Assembly (NCBI GenBank): GCA_965248925.1
Contig: CBDFLE010000006.1
Span: 4,160,001-4,224,000 of the forward strand
Origin: Candidatus Multivoradales bacterium
Lineage (GTDB): Bacteria; Acidobacteriota; Thermoanaerobaculia; Multivoradales; J023
Length of the DNA: 64,000 bases
Direction: 5' to 3'
The position numbers and the translations under genes are program-made. Positions 28,467-38,785 of this stretch are shown here, piece by piece. The notes beneath the pieces are model-generated. The model saw nothing but the letters and a program-made list of their open reading frames with translations, was not told the origin of the DNA and did no database searches. Positions within the stretch are counted from its first letter, which is position 1, and every line of letters starts with the position of its first letter.

Positions 28467-29873
28467 CTACTCGCCACGGCTATCGGCCGGTTCGGCGGCA
28501 GCTTTGGCGTGGCGCAGCGCGCTGGCGGCGTCGAGGATCTGCTGGGCGGTCGCAGTCTCGATCATCAGCCAGGTCGAGCGCTCGCCGTCGGCCGCCGCGG
28601 CAGCTTCTCCAATGGGCTGCCAGAGGCGTAAGGTCTGCTGATCGAGATCACGACTGACCAGTTCTATCTCGAGGGCGGCGGTGCCCTGTCCGAGCCCGGC
28701 CGCGGTGGCTTGGGCCTGGTCCAGCAAGCGCTCGGCGCGGGCGGCGGTGACGAGGAAGAGGAGGTCGCTCACCAGCGCGTAGTCGAGAGCTTCTTCGCCC
28801 CGGTGCCAGTCGCCATCGCGCAGCTCGAAGGACATCACCCCGGCGCCATCGTGGAGTTTGAAGGCGGTGATCTGATACGACTCCAGAGCGCTCCACACCG
28901 GCGACCGCCAATCCGCGGCCGAACGGGCGAATGAATTGTCGAGTTGGGCGGCGGTCTCGAAGGTGAGGCCGCCGCTGCTCGGGGATTCGGCCAACAGGCG
29001 TCCGTACCGATGGCCGGACGGGGCCAAACTGCCCAGGGTGACGCGCCAGATCTGGCCGTCAGTGGTGGCGACTTCCAGCAGGTCGGCGCTGGAGTCGAAT
29101 CCTAGTTCGAGGGTCGCCGGCAGCCGGTCGAGAAAGCTCTCGGCGCGCAGGCCGACGACCGCGGCCAGGAGCCCGGCGACGGCGTCGCGATCGGCTCGGT
29201 CTTGCAGTGGAGAGTCGAGCCAGAAACGCTCGCCCTGGCGCCTCAAACTCACCCTTTCTCCTGCGTGTTCGAGGGTCAGGTAGTCGATCTCAGACCGTTC
29301 GAGGCCAAGAATCTGTGGGTCCCGCCAATCTCCGCTGGGCCGTTCCAAGTCGACGATCAGCGAGTCGCTGATCTGGTAGATCTCGGGTCGGCCGGTGATC
29401 GCCACCAACAGAGCCTGCGCGGCTGGCACCGCGGGGCCAAATTCGAGGACGGTTTCTTGATCACCGCTCGACACCCGCAGTCGACCTCGCGGCACCTCAA
29501 GTCCGGCGGCACCGCGATCGAGGTTCTCCAGTAGACGCTGGTGGCGCAGTTCCAGCAGCTTGGTGAGCAGGGTCTCGACCTGGCTCGCCGAGGCCCGCGC
29601 GGTGGTCGGCTCAGTCAGCAGCCACTGGCTTTTGGCGGGGCTTGCGGTCGCCGGGTCGGCGGTGTCGGTAGTTGGCCATTGGCGCACCAGCAAGGTCCGC
29701 TGCTGGCCCCATTCGAGGGTCAGCTGATCGATGGTGTCACCCTCCAGGGGCAAGACTCTGGCCTCTAGCTCGCTGCGCTCATCGGTGGAGGGCAAGTCGC
29801 GTTCGAAGATGAGAATGAACACGGCCAACACCAGCACCAGGCTGCCGAGGATCAGCAAAGTTCGCTGTTGCAT
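28467..29873 (-). CDS. DUF4340 domain protein
   Basis: N-terminal TM and repeated W.L..P...A...V..LL units; follows GldG-like gene. Confidence 0.75.
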   Translation of the reverse strand: MQQRTLLILGSLVLVLAVFILIFERDLPSTDERSELEARVLPLEGDTIDQLTLEWGQQRTLLVRQWPTTDTADPATASPAKSQWLLTEPTTARASASQVETLLTKLLELRHQRLLENLDRGAAGLEVPRGRLRVSSGDQETVLEFGPAVPAAQALLVAITGRPEIYQISDSLIVDLERPSGDWRDPQILGLERSEIDYLTLEHAGERVSLRRQGERFWLDSPLQDRADRDAVAGLLAAVVGLRAESFLDRLPATLELGFDSSADLLEVATTDGQIWRVTLGSLAPSGHRYGRLLAESPSSGGLTFETAAQLDNSFARSAADWRSPVWSALESYQITAFKLHDGAGVMSFELRDGDWHRGEEALDYALVSDLLFLVTAARAERLLDQAQATAAGLGQGTAALEIELVSRDLDQQTLRLWQPIGEAAAAADGERSTWLMIETATAQQILDAASALRHAKAAAEPADSRGE

Positions 29874-29892
29874 GCTTTCTCGCTCCCTCGGC

Positions 29893-31446
29893 TCAGCGGC
29901 GGCGCCGCAGGTAGATCATCACTCCCAAGGTTGCCGCCAATAGTGGCATCACCGCCACCACCAAGAAGGCCACCGACCAGATCTCGGAGGGAGTCATCTC
30001 GAAGCGGGTTTGGGTGGGAGTACGGGCTTCGATGGCAAGCAGCTGTTCGCGCTTGGCTAACCAATTGAGCGAGTTCAGCAGCAGAGTGGAGTTGATGCCG
30101 CCGGTGATCTGCGAGTCGGTGGCGAAGTCGATATCGCCGAACACCACCAGACGGGCTTCCGCGGCGGGATCGTCGCTCGACGCCGCGTCGTCTTGGGAAC
30201 TCTCGCCAGCTTGGCTGGCGTCGATCGGATAGGCCACCGCCACGGCCAGAGCTAAGGGTCCGTCGCGATCGACGTTGGCGGTCCGCTCAGCCGGATTGAG
30301 CAGATCGGTCTCGCCCCAAGCGTCGGCGGAGGTCGATAGTAATTCGGTGACCTGCCAGTCGGCGTTGGGGTTGGCGGCGGCCCGTAGCGAGCGCGCCATG
30401 GTGAAGTAGGCCGCCAACTTGGCTGCGGCGAAATCCTCGACGATCGGATGAAAGGCAAAATCGACGCTGTAGAGGAACTCGGGGCCGTAGAGTGGACGGC
30501 TCTGAGTGTTGTCGAGCACTACGTTGGCGTCGATCTCTACTCCCCGTTCGCCGAGCCAGCTGGAGAGGCCGAGATCGGCGAACACTCCAGCATCGTCGAA
30601 CACCGGGTCGAGCAGCATCAGCAGGCGGCCGCCTTGGTCGAGATAGTTCGCTAGCAGGGCCAGTTCCTCGGTTTCGAAGCGGCGGGTCGGAGCGGCCACC
30701 ACCACCAGGTCGGTACCGTTGGGAATGGCCTCGGCGCCGCGGGTGGAGAAGTCTTCGATGTCGAAGTTGTCCTTGCCCAGCAGGTCGGTGGCGACCCGCA
30801 GCGAGCGCCCCCCTTCGCTGGCCCGGTTGGGAGTCAGCTCGCCGTGGCCCACCGTGAACAGCGCTCGCGGCCGACGTTCTTCCACCAGCGCCAGGATCGC
30901 GCTGGTGATCACCTGCTCGCCCTTGAAGGAGGTCAGCTCCGGCCCTTGGCCGAGCTGCATGCCGGAGTAGTCGTACTCGGCCAGGTCGAGTTGGTCGATC
31001 ACCCGCCGATCCTCGCCCTGTTGCAAGACGATGACTTCGGCCCGCTCGATTTGAAATTCCTCCATCAAGCGCTGCGCCTCGAGTCGGTTACGAGCGGCGT
31101 CGACGTCGCGTACTCGGAGGTGTTCAGGCTGCGCCGCTTGATAGCGGGCGAGCAGTTCTTGCACCGCGTCGTAGTGCCGCGAGCCGGGTGATAGCAGTAC
31201 CGCGATGTCGATGTCCTCGGTCACCTGATCGAGCACTTTGAGGCTTTTATCCGACAGAGTGTAGAGCTGGCTCGAAGTCCAGTCGAAGCGTTGGTAGTGA
31301 CGCATCGCCAGATAGTTGAGCATCACCACTAGCACGGTCGCCAGGATCAAGCCGGCGCCCAACGCGGAGTTCTTGGCCAGCTTCATGTTGTCCGGCTTTC
31401 TCTTGTCCGGTCTCTCGTTGTCCGGCTCTTGGTTGTTCTCAGCCAC
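29893..31446 (-). CDS. GldG-like ABC-type uncharacterised transport auxiliary protein
   Basis: RFDWT...YTLSDKS, FTVGHGE, YLDQGGRLL, RLVVFGD, NWL; C-terminal TM + RRRR. Confidence 0.85.
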   Translation of the reverse strand: MAENNQEPDNERPDKRKPDNMKLAKNSALGAGLILATVLVVMLNYLAMRHYQRFDWTSSQLYTLSDKSLKVLDQVTEDIDIAVLLSPGSRHYDAVQELLARYQAAQPEHLRVRDVDAARNRLEAQRLMEEFQIERAEVIVLQQGEDRRVIDQLDLAEYDYSGMQLGQGPELTSFKGEQVITSAILALVEERRPRALFTVGHGELTPNRASEGGRSLRVATDLLGKDNFDIEDFSTRGAEAIPNGTDLVVVAAPTRRFETEELALLANYLDQGGRLLMLLDPVFDDAGVFADLGLSSWLGERGVEIDANVVLDNTQSRPLYGPEFLYSVDFAFHPIVEDFAAAKLAAYFTMARSLRAAANPNADWQVTELLSTSADAWGETDLLNPAERTANVDRDGPLALAVAVAYPIDASQAGESSQDDAASSDDPAAEARLVVFGDIDFATDSQITGGINSTLLLNSLNWLAKREQLLAIEARTPTQTRFEMTPSEIWSVAFLVVAVMPLLAATLGVMIYLRRRR

Positions 31447-31449
31447 CCA

Positions 31450-32193
31450 TCACCTCCACTTCTTGGCCGCCAGAACGCGGCTCGATAGAAACAACAACCA
31501 GGCGGTGACCGAGGTGTAGAACACTAGCCGGCGGCTGTCGATCACCCCCTTGCCGAAGTCGTCCAGATGGCCGATCAGGTCGACGTGTTCGAGCACTCTC
31601 TGGGCGACCTCGCTAGTCGCTAGACCTTGGAGGAAGCTCATCAGCATGATCAGTAGCAGCATCGCCAATGTAAACAGCGCGGCGCTGATCTGGTTGCGGC
31701 TGAAGGTCGATCCCAAGATGCCGAGAGCCATTGCCAGGGCGCCGAGACAGAGCACTCCGAGGTAGCCAGCGGCTACCGGGCCCCAGTCGAGGTCTCCATA
31801 GCGAGCGGTGATCAGCGCGTAGGCCAGGGTGGGTGACCAGAGAAAGGTGTAAAAGGCCATCGCGGCGAAGAACTTGCCCAGCACCACTTGGGTCTCCGAA
31901 ATTGGCGCGGTCATCAACATCTCGAGGGTACCCTGGCGCCGTTCCTCGGCCACCAGACGCATGGTCAGCAAAGGGGTGATGGTGATCAGCACGAACCAGA
32001 AGAAGATGTTGTTGCCCAAGAAGAGCTTCATCGGTGTGATGTCGCCGGGCACCCCTTGACGGTTGAGTTCGAAGACGATGGCGGCAAAGACGCAGCCGTT
32101 GACGAGCAAGAAGAACGCCAGTACCACGTAGGCCAGTGGCGCAACGAAGAACGCGCGCAGCTCGCGCAAGAAGGTGGCCCACAGACCGCTCAT
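31450..32193 (-). CDS. GldF-like ABC-2 permease
   Basis: RELRAFF..PLAY, LTMRLVAEERRQGTLEMLMTAP, GKF. Confidence 0.88.
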   Translation of the reverse strand: MSGLWATFLRELRAFFVAPLAYVVLAFFLLVNGCVFAAIVFELNRQGVPGDITPMKLFLGNNIFFWFVLITITPLLTMRLVAEERRQGTLEMLMTAPISETQVVLGKFFAAMAFYTFLWSPTLAYALITARYGDLDWGPVAAGYLGVLCLGALAMALGILGSTFSRNQISAALFTLAMLLLIMLMSFLQGLATSEVAQRVLEHVDLIGHLDDFGKGVIDSRRLVFYTSVTAWLLFLSSRVLAAKKWR

Positions 32194-33200
32194 TGCACGC
32201 TCTCCGGGTGGTCGGTCGGTGAGTCTTCGGCGGGCTTGGCAGCCGCCGGGGAGTCGCTCTCAGCAGGGTTGCTCTCGATGGTGCCGCTGATCAGACGAAC
32301 GAAGACATCCTCCAAGGAGGCCTTGCGTTCGGCCAGTTCGAGCAAGACCCAGGAGCGCTCGACGGCGGCACGGAACACCTCTTCGCGCAGGTCGCTATCC
32401 GGCTGGCAGAAAACTTCCAAGCGGCCCGCGGTGGTACTTGCCTCGACCCGTTCGACACCAGCAATCCCAGCTAGCACCTGAGCCGCCTCGGCCGGGTTGC
32501 CTTTGACGGTCACATAGAGCAAGACCTGTCCCTGAAAACGTTTGCTGAGTTCCTGCGGTGTGCCCTCGGCGACAATCCGCCCACGATCGATGATCAGCAC
32601 CCGGTGGCAGAGTTGCTCGACCTCGGGCAGGATGTGGGTCGACAGCATCAGGGTGCGGCTTTCGCCGAGTTCGCGCACCAATTCACGGATGGCGATGATT
32701 TGCTTCGGATCGAGGCCGACGGTGGGTTCGTCGAGCACCAGCACCGGGGGGCGGTGGAGAATCGCCGCGCCCAGCCCGACCCGCTGTCGAAACCCCTTGG
32801 ACAAAGTACCAATGATCTGCTTCTCGACTTCTTGCAGCAGGCAGCGCTCCAACACCTCGCCGATCGCTGTCCGGCCATCGGCCCGGCCCATTCCCTGGAG
32901 TCTGGCACGGTAGGAGAAGTACTCACAAACCCGCATGTCGGTGTAGAGGGCGACATTTTCCGGCAAATAGCCTATCCGTCGGCGAGCGGCGATTGGCTGA
33001 CTGTCGAGGTCAATTCCGTCGACCGTCACCGTGCCGCTCGATGGCGGCAGGAAGCCGGTCAGCATGCGAATTGTAGTGGTCTTGCCGGCGCCATTGGGAC
33101 CCAAAATGCCGACAATCTCACCCTCGTTGACGACGAAAGAAAGATCGTCGACGGCGGTGAAATCACCGTAGTGCCGCGACAGGCTGCGAGCTTCGATCAT
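32190..33200 (-). CDS. GldA-like ABC transporter ATP-binding protein
   Basis: GPNGAGKTT, LSKGFRQR, LDEPT, STH. Confidence 0.93.
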   Translation of the reverse strand: MIEARSLSRHYGDFTAVDDLSFVVNEGEIVGILGPNGAGKTTTIRMLTGFLPPSSGTVTVDGIDLDSQPIAARRRIGYLPENVALYTDMRVCEYFSYRARLQGMGRADGRTAIGEVLERCLLQEVEKQIIGTLSKGFRQRVGLGAAILHRPPVLVLDEPTVGLDPKQIIAIRELVRELGESRTLMLSTHILPEVEQLCHRVLIIDRGRIVAEGTPQELSKRFQGQVLLYVTVKGNPAEAAQVLAGIAGVERVEASTTAGRLEVFCQPDSDLREEVFRAAVERSWVLLELAERKASLEDVFVRLISGTIESNPAESDSPAAAKPAEDSPTDHPESVQ

Positions 33201-33494
33201 AGATGGAGGTGCTCCTTCGGCGGTGGACTCAGATCTGGGGCAAGGGATTTACAAGTTTGAGCTGGATCTCGGAAAAAAAGCGAGAAGCAAGACCGATGCC
33301 GGCTGTTGGGGCGCCTGCCTGGTGACGCTATGGGGTTGCTGGGCAAACTGTAAGGTGCCTGAAGGCCGAAGAGGGCGTCTAGACGACCGCCGGGCATGCC
33401 AGATTGACACCAGCAGCGAGCTTGGCACCGGCACCTTGGGGAATCGTGGTTTCACGATAGGCACCGGAGCCGCCGTCTAGTAAGCTCGGTGGCA

Positions 33495-33794
33495 ATGGCA
33501 AACGAAGACGGAATCAAATCTGCTTATGAATTGGCCCTCGAACGAATGGAACAGCAGGGCATCGAGCGGCCGCGGGAGGAGCGGCTGAGCGAGTCTGTGC
33601 GGGCCGCCATCGCGGAGGAGCGATCGAAGGCCAAAGCGAAAAAGGCCGAACTCGAGATCTTCCACCGCGAGCGGCTGACCAAGCTCCTCGAGCCGATGGA
33701 GCGACAGCGAGAGGAGCAGGAATTCCAGGCCGAGCTGGCGCGGATCGACAGCGGTTGCGACCGTCGGGTCGAGGACTTGCGCGCTAGCGCCTGA
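33495..33794 (+). CDS. Small coiled-coil hypothetical protein
   Basis: IKSAYELALERM N-terminus, charged helical sequence. Confidence 0.7.
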   Translation: MANEDGIKSAYELALERMEQQGIERPREERLSESVRAAIAEERSKAKAKKAELEIFHRERLTKLLEPMERQREEQEFQAELARIDSGCDRRVEDLRASA

Positions 33795-33893
33795 GCGATA
33801 GATGGGGTGCCGTTGGCCGCTCTGGTGTTGCTCCTCCCCTCGAAGCGGATGAACTTGCTTCTCCAAGCTATCTCTTGACCCCCTAGGAAGACA

Positions 33894-36218
33894 ATGCTCT
33901 CGCGTATCTCTGCAAGACTTGCACTCTTGGCAATAGCACTCTTGCTGAGTGCTGCTTGCGGTTCTGACGGCGGCGGCGAGGGTATCCCGCCGACCGGCTT
34001 GGAGCTGGCGCGGCTGTTTCCGGTGGCGGAGATCGAAGCCGAGACTTCCCGCATCGACTTCGGCCTCGGCGCCGCCCGTTACCAGTTGCTGACCGGTTGG
34101 AGTCACGACGAGACGACCACCGCTGGCGAGCCTTTTGTGTGGGGTGTTGGCGCGGCGTCCGAACTCGAACTCACCCTGCTGCGACCGCGACCGCTGACCC
34201 TGCAGCTCGAGGGTTCGGCCTTTCAAATCGGCGGTCAGGTCCAGGCAGTAGGGGTTGAACTCAACGGCCACGCGGTGGGCACGGTAACTCTGGGTGTGGA
34301 GTTTGGCCAGCATTCGTTGGCCCTGCCGCCCGCGGCGCAGCGCTATGGCGTCAATCTGCTGCGCTTGGCCTACGCCTACCACCGGCCATCTTCGCCACCA
34401 GGGGTCAAGCCGCGGCAGCGGGCGCTGGCGGTGCAATGGCACGCCTTGCGCTTGCTGGAGGTCGGCGGCGAGAGCCAGGCGCGAGCAGATGCCGAGGCGC
34501 CGGAATCGTGGATCGAGGTTTCACCACGGCAGCGGGTGAGTTTCTACCTCGATCTCGAGCCGGGCAGCGAGCTCTACTTCGCAGGCCTGCGGGCAGCTCC
34601 CGAGTTGGGTCGGCAAGCGGCGCTGATCGTCGAAGTGGCGACCGCCGAGACCGCCGATCAGCCCGAGCGGATCCGCTTGGAGATCGGCGAAGGTGCAATG
34701 CGGGTACCGCTGCTGAGCGGCGCTGGAGGTCGGCAAACAGTGCGGGTTTCGCTGGCCGCCGAGGCCGGCGAAACAGGCTGGCGGGACTCCCTGTCCGCGG
34801 CCTGGCAGGAGTTGTGGGGCGACGATTTACCACCCGACGTGGTGCGGGTGTTGCGACCGACCGTGGTCCAACCCCCAAAGCCCGCTACCACCGCCACGGT
34901 CGAGCCGGCGATGGCGGGCGAGCAGCGACCCAACATCATCTTGTACCTGATCGACACGTTGCGCGCCGACCACCTCGGTGTCTACGGCTACCACCGGCCG
35001 ACCAGTCCGTGGATCGATAGCTTTAGCGAGCGCGCGACCTTATTCACCAACACCCAAGCGCAGTCCTCTTGGACCCGCGCCGCGGTGGCTTCGATCATCA
35101 CCGGACTCAATCCGCAGACCCACCGGGTCAACGGACGGCTCGACGCCCTGCCCGAAGCCCTCGACACTCTGGCTGAAGTGCTCAAGAGCGCTGGCTACAG
35201 CAACTTCGGCTGGGCCACCAATGGCAATGTCGATCCCAAATTCGGCATGCACCAGGGATTTGATCGCTACGAGCGAATGCGCGAGTCGCACAATCGGCCA
35301 AGCGTCCACTACCTATCGGACCAGGTCAACGAGAGGGTTTTCAAGTTTCTCGACAGTGCCGAGGCGGAACATCAGCCTTTCTTTCTCTATATTCATGTCA
35401 CCGATCCCCATGCTCCTTACGCCCCGCCCGAGCCTTTCCGGCAGCGCTTTGCCGCCGATGCCGACCTGGAACTCGGCACTCTCGACAACGTGCGAGCCTT
35501 TGCCAAAGGAGAGCGTCAAGCACCGCCGGGAACCCGCCAATCCCTGCTTGATCTCTACGATGCTGAGATCGCTTTCAACGACCACCACTTCGGCCGTCTA
35601 ATCGCGGATCTCGAACGACGGGGCCTGTGGGATTCGGCGCTGGTGATCTTGATTTCCGACCACGGCGAGGAGTTTCTTGAACGGGGGGGGTGGGAGCATG
35701 GCCGGACCCTCAATGGCGAGCAATTGCGGGTACCGTTGATCATCAAGCTGCCGCACGGAGTCGGCGCTGGCCAGCGGATCGATGGCCTTACCCGCCAGGT
35801 CGATGTGCTACCCACGGTGCTCGACTATCTCGATTTGGAGGCGCCGCGAGCCCTGGACGGGCGTAGTCTGCTGGCGCAGATGCGAGGTGAAGGGGGGAAC
35901 GACATCAGGGGCGTCTCCTTCTCCCTCTTGGCTCTCGATGAACGGGTTGTCGAAGCCGCTCAGGCGGGGGGTTGGAAGCTGATTCAGGATCGCTCGCGGC
36001 GCAGTGCGGCGTTGGGCGAAGAACTTTATCGGGTGTTCGACGATCCCACCGAGCAGATCGACCTCAAAGCACGCCACGTCTTCGAGCGTGGCTATCTGCG
36101 CCAGCTATTGCGCACTCAGCGCTTCGCCAGCCGACAGAATCGGGAAGATAGTCCGCCGACGGCCGAGATAGACGCCGAGCTCGAAGAGCAGCTGCGCGCC
36201 CTTGGCTACCTCAACTGA
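33894..36218 (+). CDS. Sulfatase-like lipoprotein
   Basis: Lipobox LSAAC, PNIILYLIDTLRADH, SSWTRAAVAS, DPHAPY, SDHGEEF, C-terminal LRALGYL. Confidence 0.88.
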   Translation: MLSRISARLALLAIALLLSAACGSDGGGEGIPPTGLELARLFPVAEIEAETSRIDFGLGAARYQLLTGWSHDETTTAGEPFVWGVGAASELELTLLRPRPLTLQLEGSAFQIGGQVQAVGVELNGHAVGTVTLGVEFGQHSLALPPAAQRYGVNLLRLAYAYHRPSSPPGVKPRQRALAVQWHALRLLEVGGESQARADAEAPESWIEVSPRQRVSFYLDLEPGSELYFAGLRAAPELGRQAALIVEVATAETADQPERIRLEIGEGAMRVPLLSGAGGRQTVRVSLAAEAGETGWRDSLSAAWQELWGDDLPPDVVRVLRPTVVQPPKPATTATVEPAMAGEQRPNIILYLIDTLRADHLGVYGYHRPTSPWIDSFSERATLFTNTQAQSSWTRAAVASIITGLNPQTHRVNGRLDALPEALDTLAEVLKSAGYSNFGWATNGNVDPKFGMHQGFDRYERMRESHNRPSVHYLSDQVNERVFKFLDSAEAEHQPFFLYIHVTDPHAPYAPPEPFRQRFAADADLELGTLDNVRAFAKGERQAPPGTRQSLLDLYDAEIAFNDHHFGRLIADLERRGLWDSALVILISDHGEEFLERGGWEHGRTLNGEQLRVPLIIKLPHGVGAGQRIDGLTRQVDVLPTVLDYLDLEAPRALDGRSLLAQMRGEGGNDIRGVSFSLLALDERVVEAAQAGGWKLIQDRSRRSAALGEELYRVFDDPTEQIDLKARHVFERGYLRQLLRTQRFASRQNREDSPPTAEIDAELEEQLRALGYLN

Positions 36219-36240
36219 TTCCCAATCCCTGGGAGGCAAG

Positions 36241-36624
36241 ATGGGCGAAGGCGTCCGACTCGACAAGTGGTTGCAGGTAGCACGGGTTTTCAAGACCCGC
36301 TCGCAAGCAACCCGTGCCTGCAACCTGAGCCGGGTGCGGGTCAATGGCGCGGTGGTCAAAGCGCATCGCAAGTTGGCGCTCGGCGACAGAATCGAGGTCA
36401 AACGGGGTGATCGGCAGCGGATTCTGGTGGTTGCCGAGCTGCGCGACAAGACGCTGCCCAAGGCCGAAGTGCCGCGGCTGTTCGAAGATCTGAGCCCGCC
36501 GCCGCCGCCCCGCGATCCACTCGAGCGCTTGCTGCGCCGCGCTCCGGTACGTCGAGACAGCGGCAGCGGTCGGCCGTCGAAGAAGGAACGTCGCGAGCTC
36601 GATCGCCTGCGCAGCGATCACTAG
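36241..36624 (+). CDS. hslR: S4-domain RNA-binding heat-shock protein Hsp15
   Basis: VRLDKWLQVARVFKTRSQA...GRPSKKERR. Confidence 0.88.
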   Translation: MGEGVRLDKWLQVARVFKTRSQATRACNLSRVRVNGAVVKAHRKLALGDRIEVKRGDRQRILVVAELRDKTLPKAEVPRLFEDLSPPPPPRDPLERLLRRAPVRRDSGSGRPSKKERRELDRLRSDH

Positions 36625-36829
36625 ATGGGCGCGGCAGCCCGCCAGCTTGGCGCTATCTGAGTCGTTTCCAGTGGCCTGAGGAAGATCGGTGGTGCGAGTT
36701 TTCTCCGCCTCCTTCGTGTACACTCGATGGGACTCTCCGATCCGAAGTAGGACTGAGGAGGTGCCAGTCATGCTGGGCCGGTGGCTCGGCTGCTTTGCCC
36801 GTTCTCATAACAACTTCTATTGAGCACTG

Positions 36830-38785
36830 ATGACGCGGTTCTCCATCCCCTTGTTGGGCAAAGTGGTTTTTGCCCTGGCCATTGTTGCCCTGATGCCTTT
36901 CGGTATCTTCTCCTACCTGACGCGCCAGGCCGGGGATGCCATGGTGTTGCAGGCTCAAGCGACCCATTTGGCGGCGGTGCGCTCAGCCGCCAGCCGGGTG
37001 AGTTCCTACGTCGAGCTGTTGGCCTCGCTCAGCCGCTCCGCAATTCGCACTCCGGTGATCTATCAGGCGCCGAGATCCGCGGCTGCTAGCGAGGTGTTGG
37101 CCAACTTGTTGCAAACCCGAGCGGATCTGTTCGCCGTGGCCACTTACCTTGACGAGGGCCATGGTCCGGAAATGGTATTGACCGCCAAGCTCCAGGTCGA
37201 AGGGCGCGATATCGGCGGTTTGTTGCGGCCGCAGGTGGACGATGATCTGCTGCTTGAGCAAGACGCTAGCGGCTTGTGGATCAGATTGCGCACGGTGCTG
37301 CCTGAGCATCCAGGCTTTAGCATGCTGCTGGTAGCCAACTTTGAGCGGGTAGACGACATTCTCAATCCACCGGAGTTGCAGGACGACGCTTCGCTGGTGT
37401 TGACCAACGGTGGCGGCGAGGTGATTGCCGGTGCCGGAGAGCTTGCTGAGTTTCCGGCCCTGCTGGTCGAGAGCGCCTTGTCGGGCAAGGTCGGCTATAG
37501 CGCCGAGGAGTCTACGATGGCGGACGGCCAGCGCTTGGTGGCCGCCTTCTCAGCGGTCGAGGGAACACCGTTTGCGGTGCTTTCGCGCCAGCCGGAGGAA
37601 ACTGTGCAGCAGGCAGCGGCGCAGATGCGCCGGCAAACCCTGAGGCTGTTTCTGGTAGTTCTTGTCTTGTCGGCCTTGTTGGCCGTAGGCACCTACTTGA
37701 CGATCGTCCGGCCAATTCGTGAACTAGCTCGCGCCCAGCGCCAGCTGGCCGGGCTCGATAGTGATGGCGAGGGGCTGCGCGGCGCCGAAATCGAACAGTT
37801 GCAAAGTTCGTTTGCCTTGTTGCAGCAGAATCTGTACGACCGCGAAGCACTGAGCAAGGTGTTTCTCGGCCGCTACCAAGTTGTCGAGGTACTGGCCGTC
37901 GGCGCCATGGGAACGGTGTTTCGTGGCTTCGATCCCCGTTTGCAGCGCACCGTGGCGCTCAAGACCTTCAAGGTCGGTGCCGAATTGGGTGAGAAGAGAC
38001 GTAAGGAACTCGCCGGGCGCTTGGTGCAAGAGGCGGTCACCCTGGCCCGCCTCCACCATCCCAGTATCGTTACTGTTTTTGATGTTGAGGAGGCTGGGGA
38101 AGTTGCTTTTATCGCCATGGAGTTGGTCGAAGGGGTAAGCCTTGAGGCTTATTTGATTCAGGAAGGTAAGTTACCGGCCGACCAGGTGATTGCCCTCGCC
38201 ATCCCGATGATGCAAGCGATCGCCGCTGCCCACCGGCAAGAGATTGTTCATCACGATGTCAAGCCAGCCAACATCTTGCTCGGCGAGGACGGCTCGGTGA
38301 AGGTCACCGATTTTGGTATTTCCGAAATGTTGTCGAACCCGCGAGAGCGGCCCGGCGTGGTCTGCGGCACTCCCGGATACCTGCCACCCGAAACCCTCGA
38401 AGGCAAGGGCTATACTCCACGCAGCGACCTATTCGCCGCTGGCGTGGTTCTCTATCAATGCCTCACGGGCCAACGGCCCTTCGCTGGCAGCGAGCCGCGG
38501 GAGATAATGGTTCAAACTTTGCTCGGCAAACTGACTCCCCTGCGCCTTTTTTTGCCGTCGCTGCGGACCGACCTGGAATTGTTGGTGCTGAGCCTGCTGG
38601 AAGCCGATCCTGAGCAGCGGCCGGCCGCTGCTCAGGCGGTGGTTGAAAGCTTGCAGGCGATGGCTGAGGATGATCTCTGTTGGTCGCCCAAACCTTTTCA
38701 AGCAAGGAATAGAAATGCTACCTACAAGGCTGCGGTGGAGCCGCACGCTACCGTTCATACTTCTATGTTGCACGGTCTCAGTTAG
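36830..38785 (+). CDS. Membrane Ser/Thr protein kinase with periplasmic Cache-like sensor and HAMP-like linker
   Basis: Two TMs flank an extracytoplasmic domain. Kinase motifs GAMGTV, VALK, HHDVKPAN, DFG, GTPGY. Confidence 0.9.
   Translation: MTRFSIPLLGKVVFALAIVALMPFGIFSYLTRQAGDAMVLQAQATHLAAVRSAASRVSSYVELLASLSRSAIRTPVIYQAPRSAAASEVLANLLQTRADLFAVATYLDEGHGPEMVLTAKLQVEGRDIGGLLRPQVDDDLLLEQDASGLWIRLRTVLPEHPGFSMLLVANFERVDDILNPPELQDDASLVLTNGGGEVIAGAGELAEFPALLVESALSGKVGYSAEESTMADGQRLVAAFSAVEGTPFAVLSRQPEETVQQAAAQMRRQTLRLFLVVLVLSALLAVGTYLTIVRPIRELARAQRQLAGLDSDGEGLRGAEIEQLQSSFALLQQNLYDREALSKVFLGRYQVVEVLAVGAMGTVFRGFDPRLQRTVALKTFKVGAELGEKRRKELAGRLVQEAVTLARLHHPSIVTVFDVEEAGEVAFIAMELVEGVSLEAYLIQEGKLPADQVIALAIPMMQAIAAAHRQEIVHHDVKPANILLGEDGSVKVTDFGISEMLSNPRERPGVVCGTPGYLPPETLEGKGYTPRSDLFAAGVVLYQCLTGQRPFAGSEPREIMVQTLLGKLTPLRLFLPSLRTDLELLVLSLLEADPEQRPAAAQAVVESLQAMAEDDLCWSPKPFQARNRNATYKAAVEPHATVHTSMLHGLS

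Noticed and set aside
33200-33480. Possible riboswitch or ncRNA in the divergent intergenic region
   Set aside because: No recognisable aptamer consensus; a covariance-model search would be needed.
33934-33953. CIRCE-like TAGCACTC...GAGTGCT
   Set aside because: The spacer is 5 nt rather than 9, and the site lies inside the sulfatase signal-peptide coding region.
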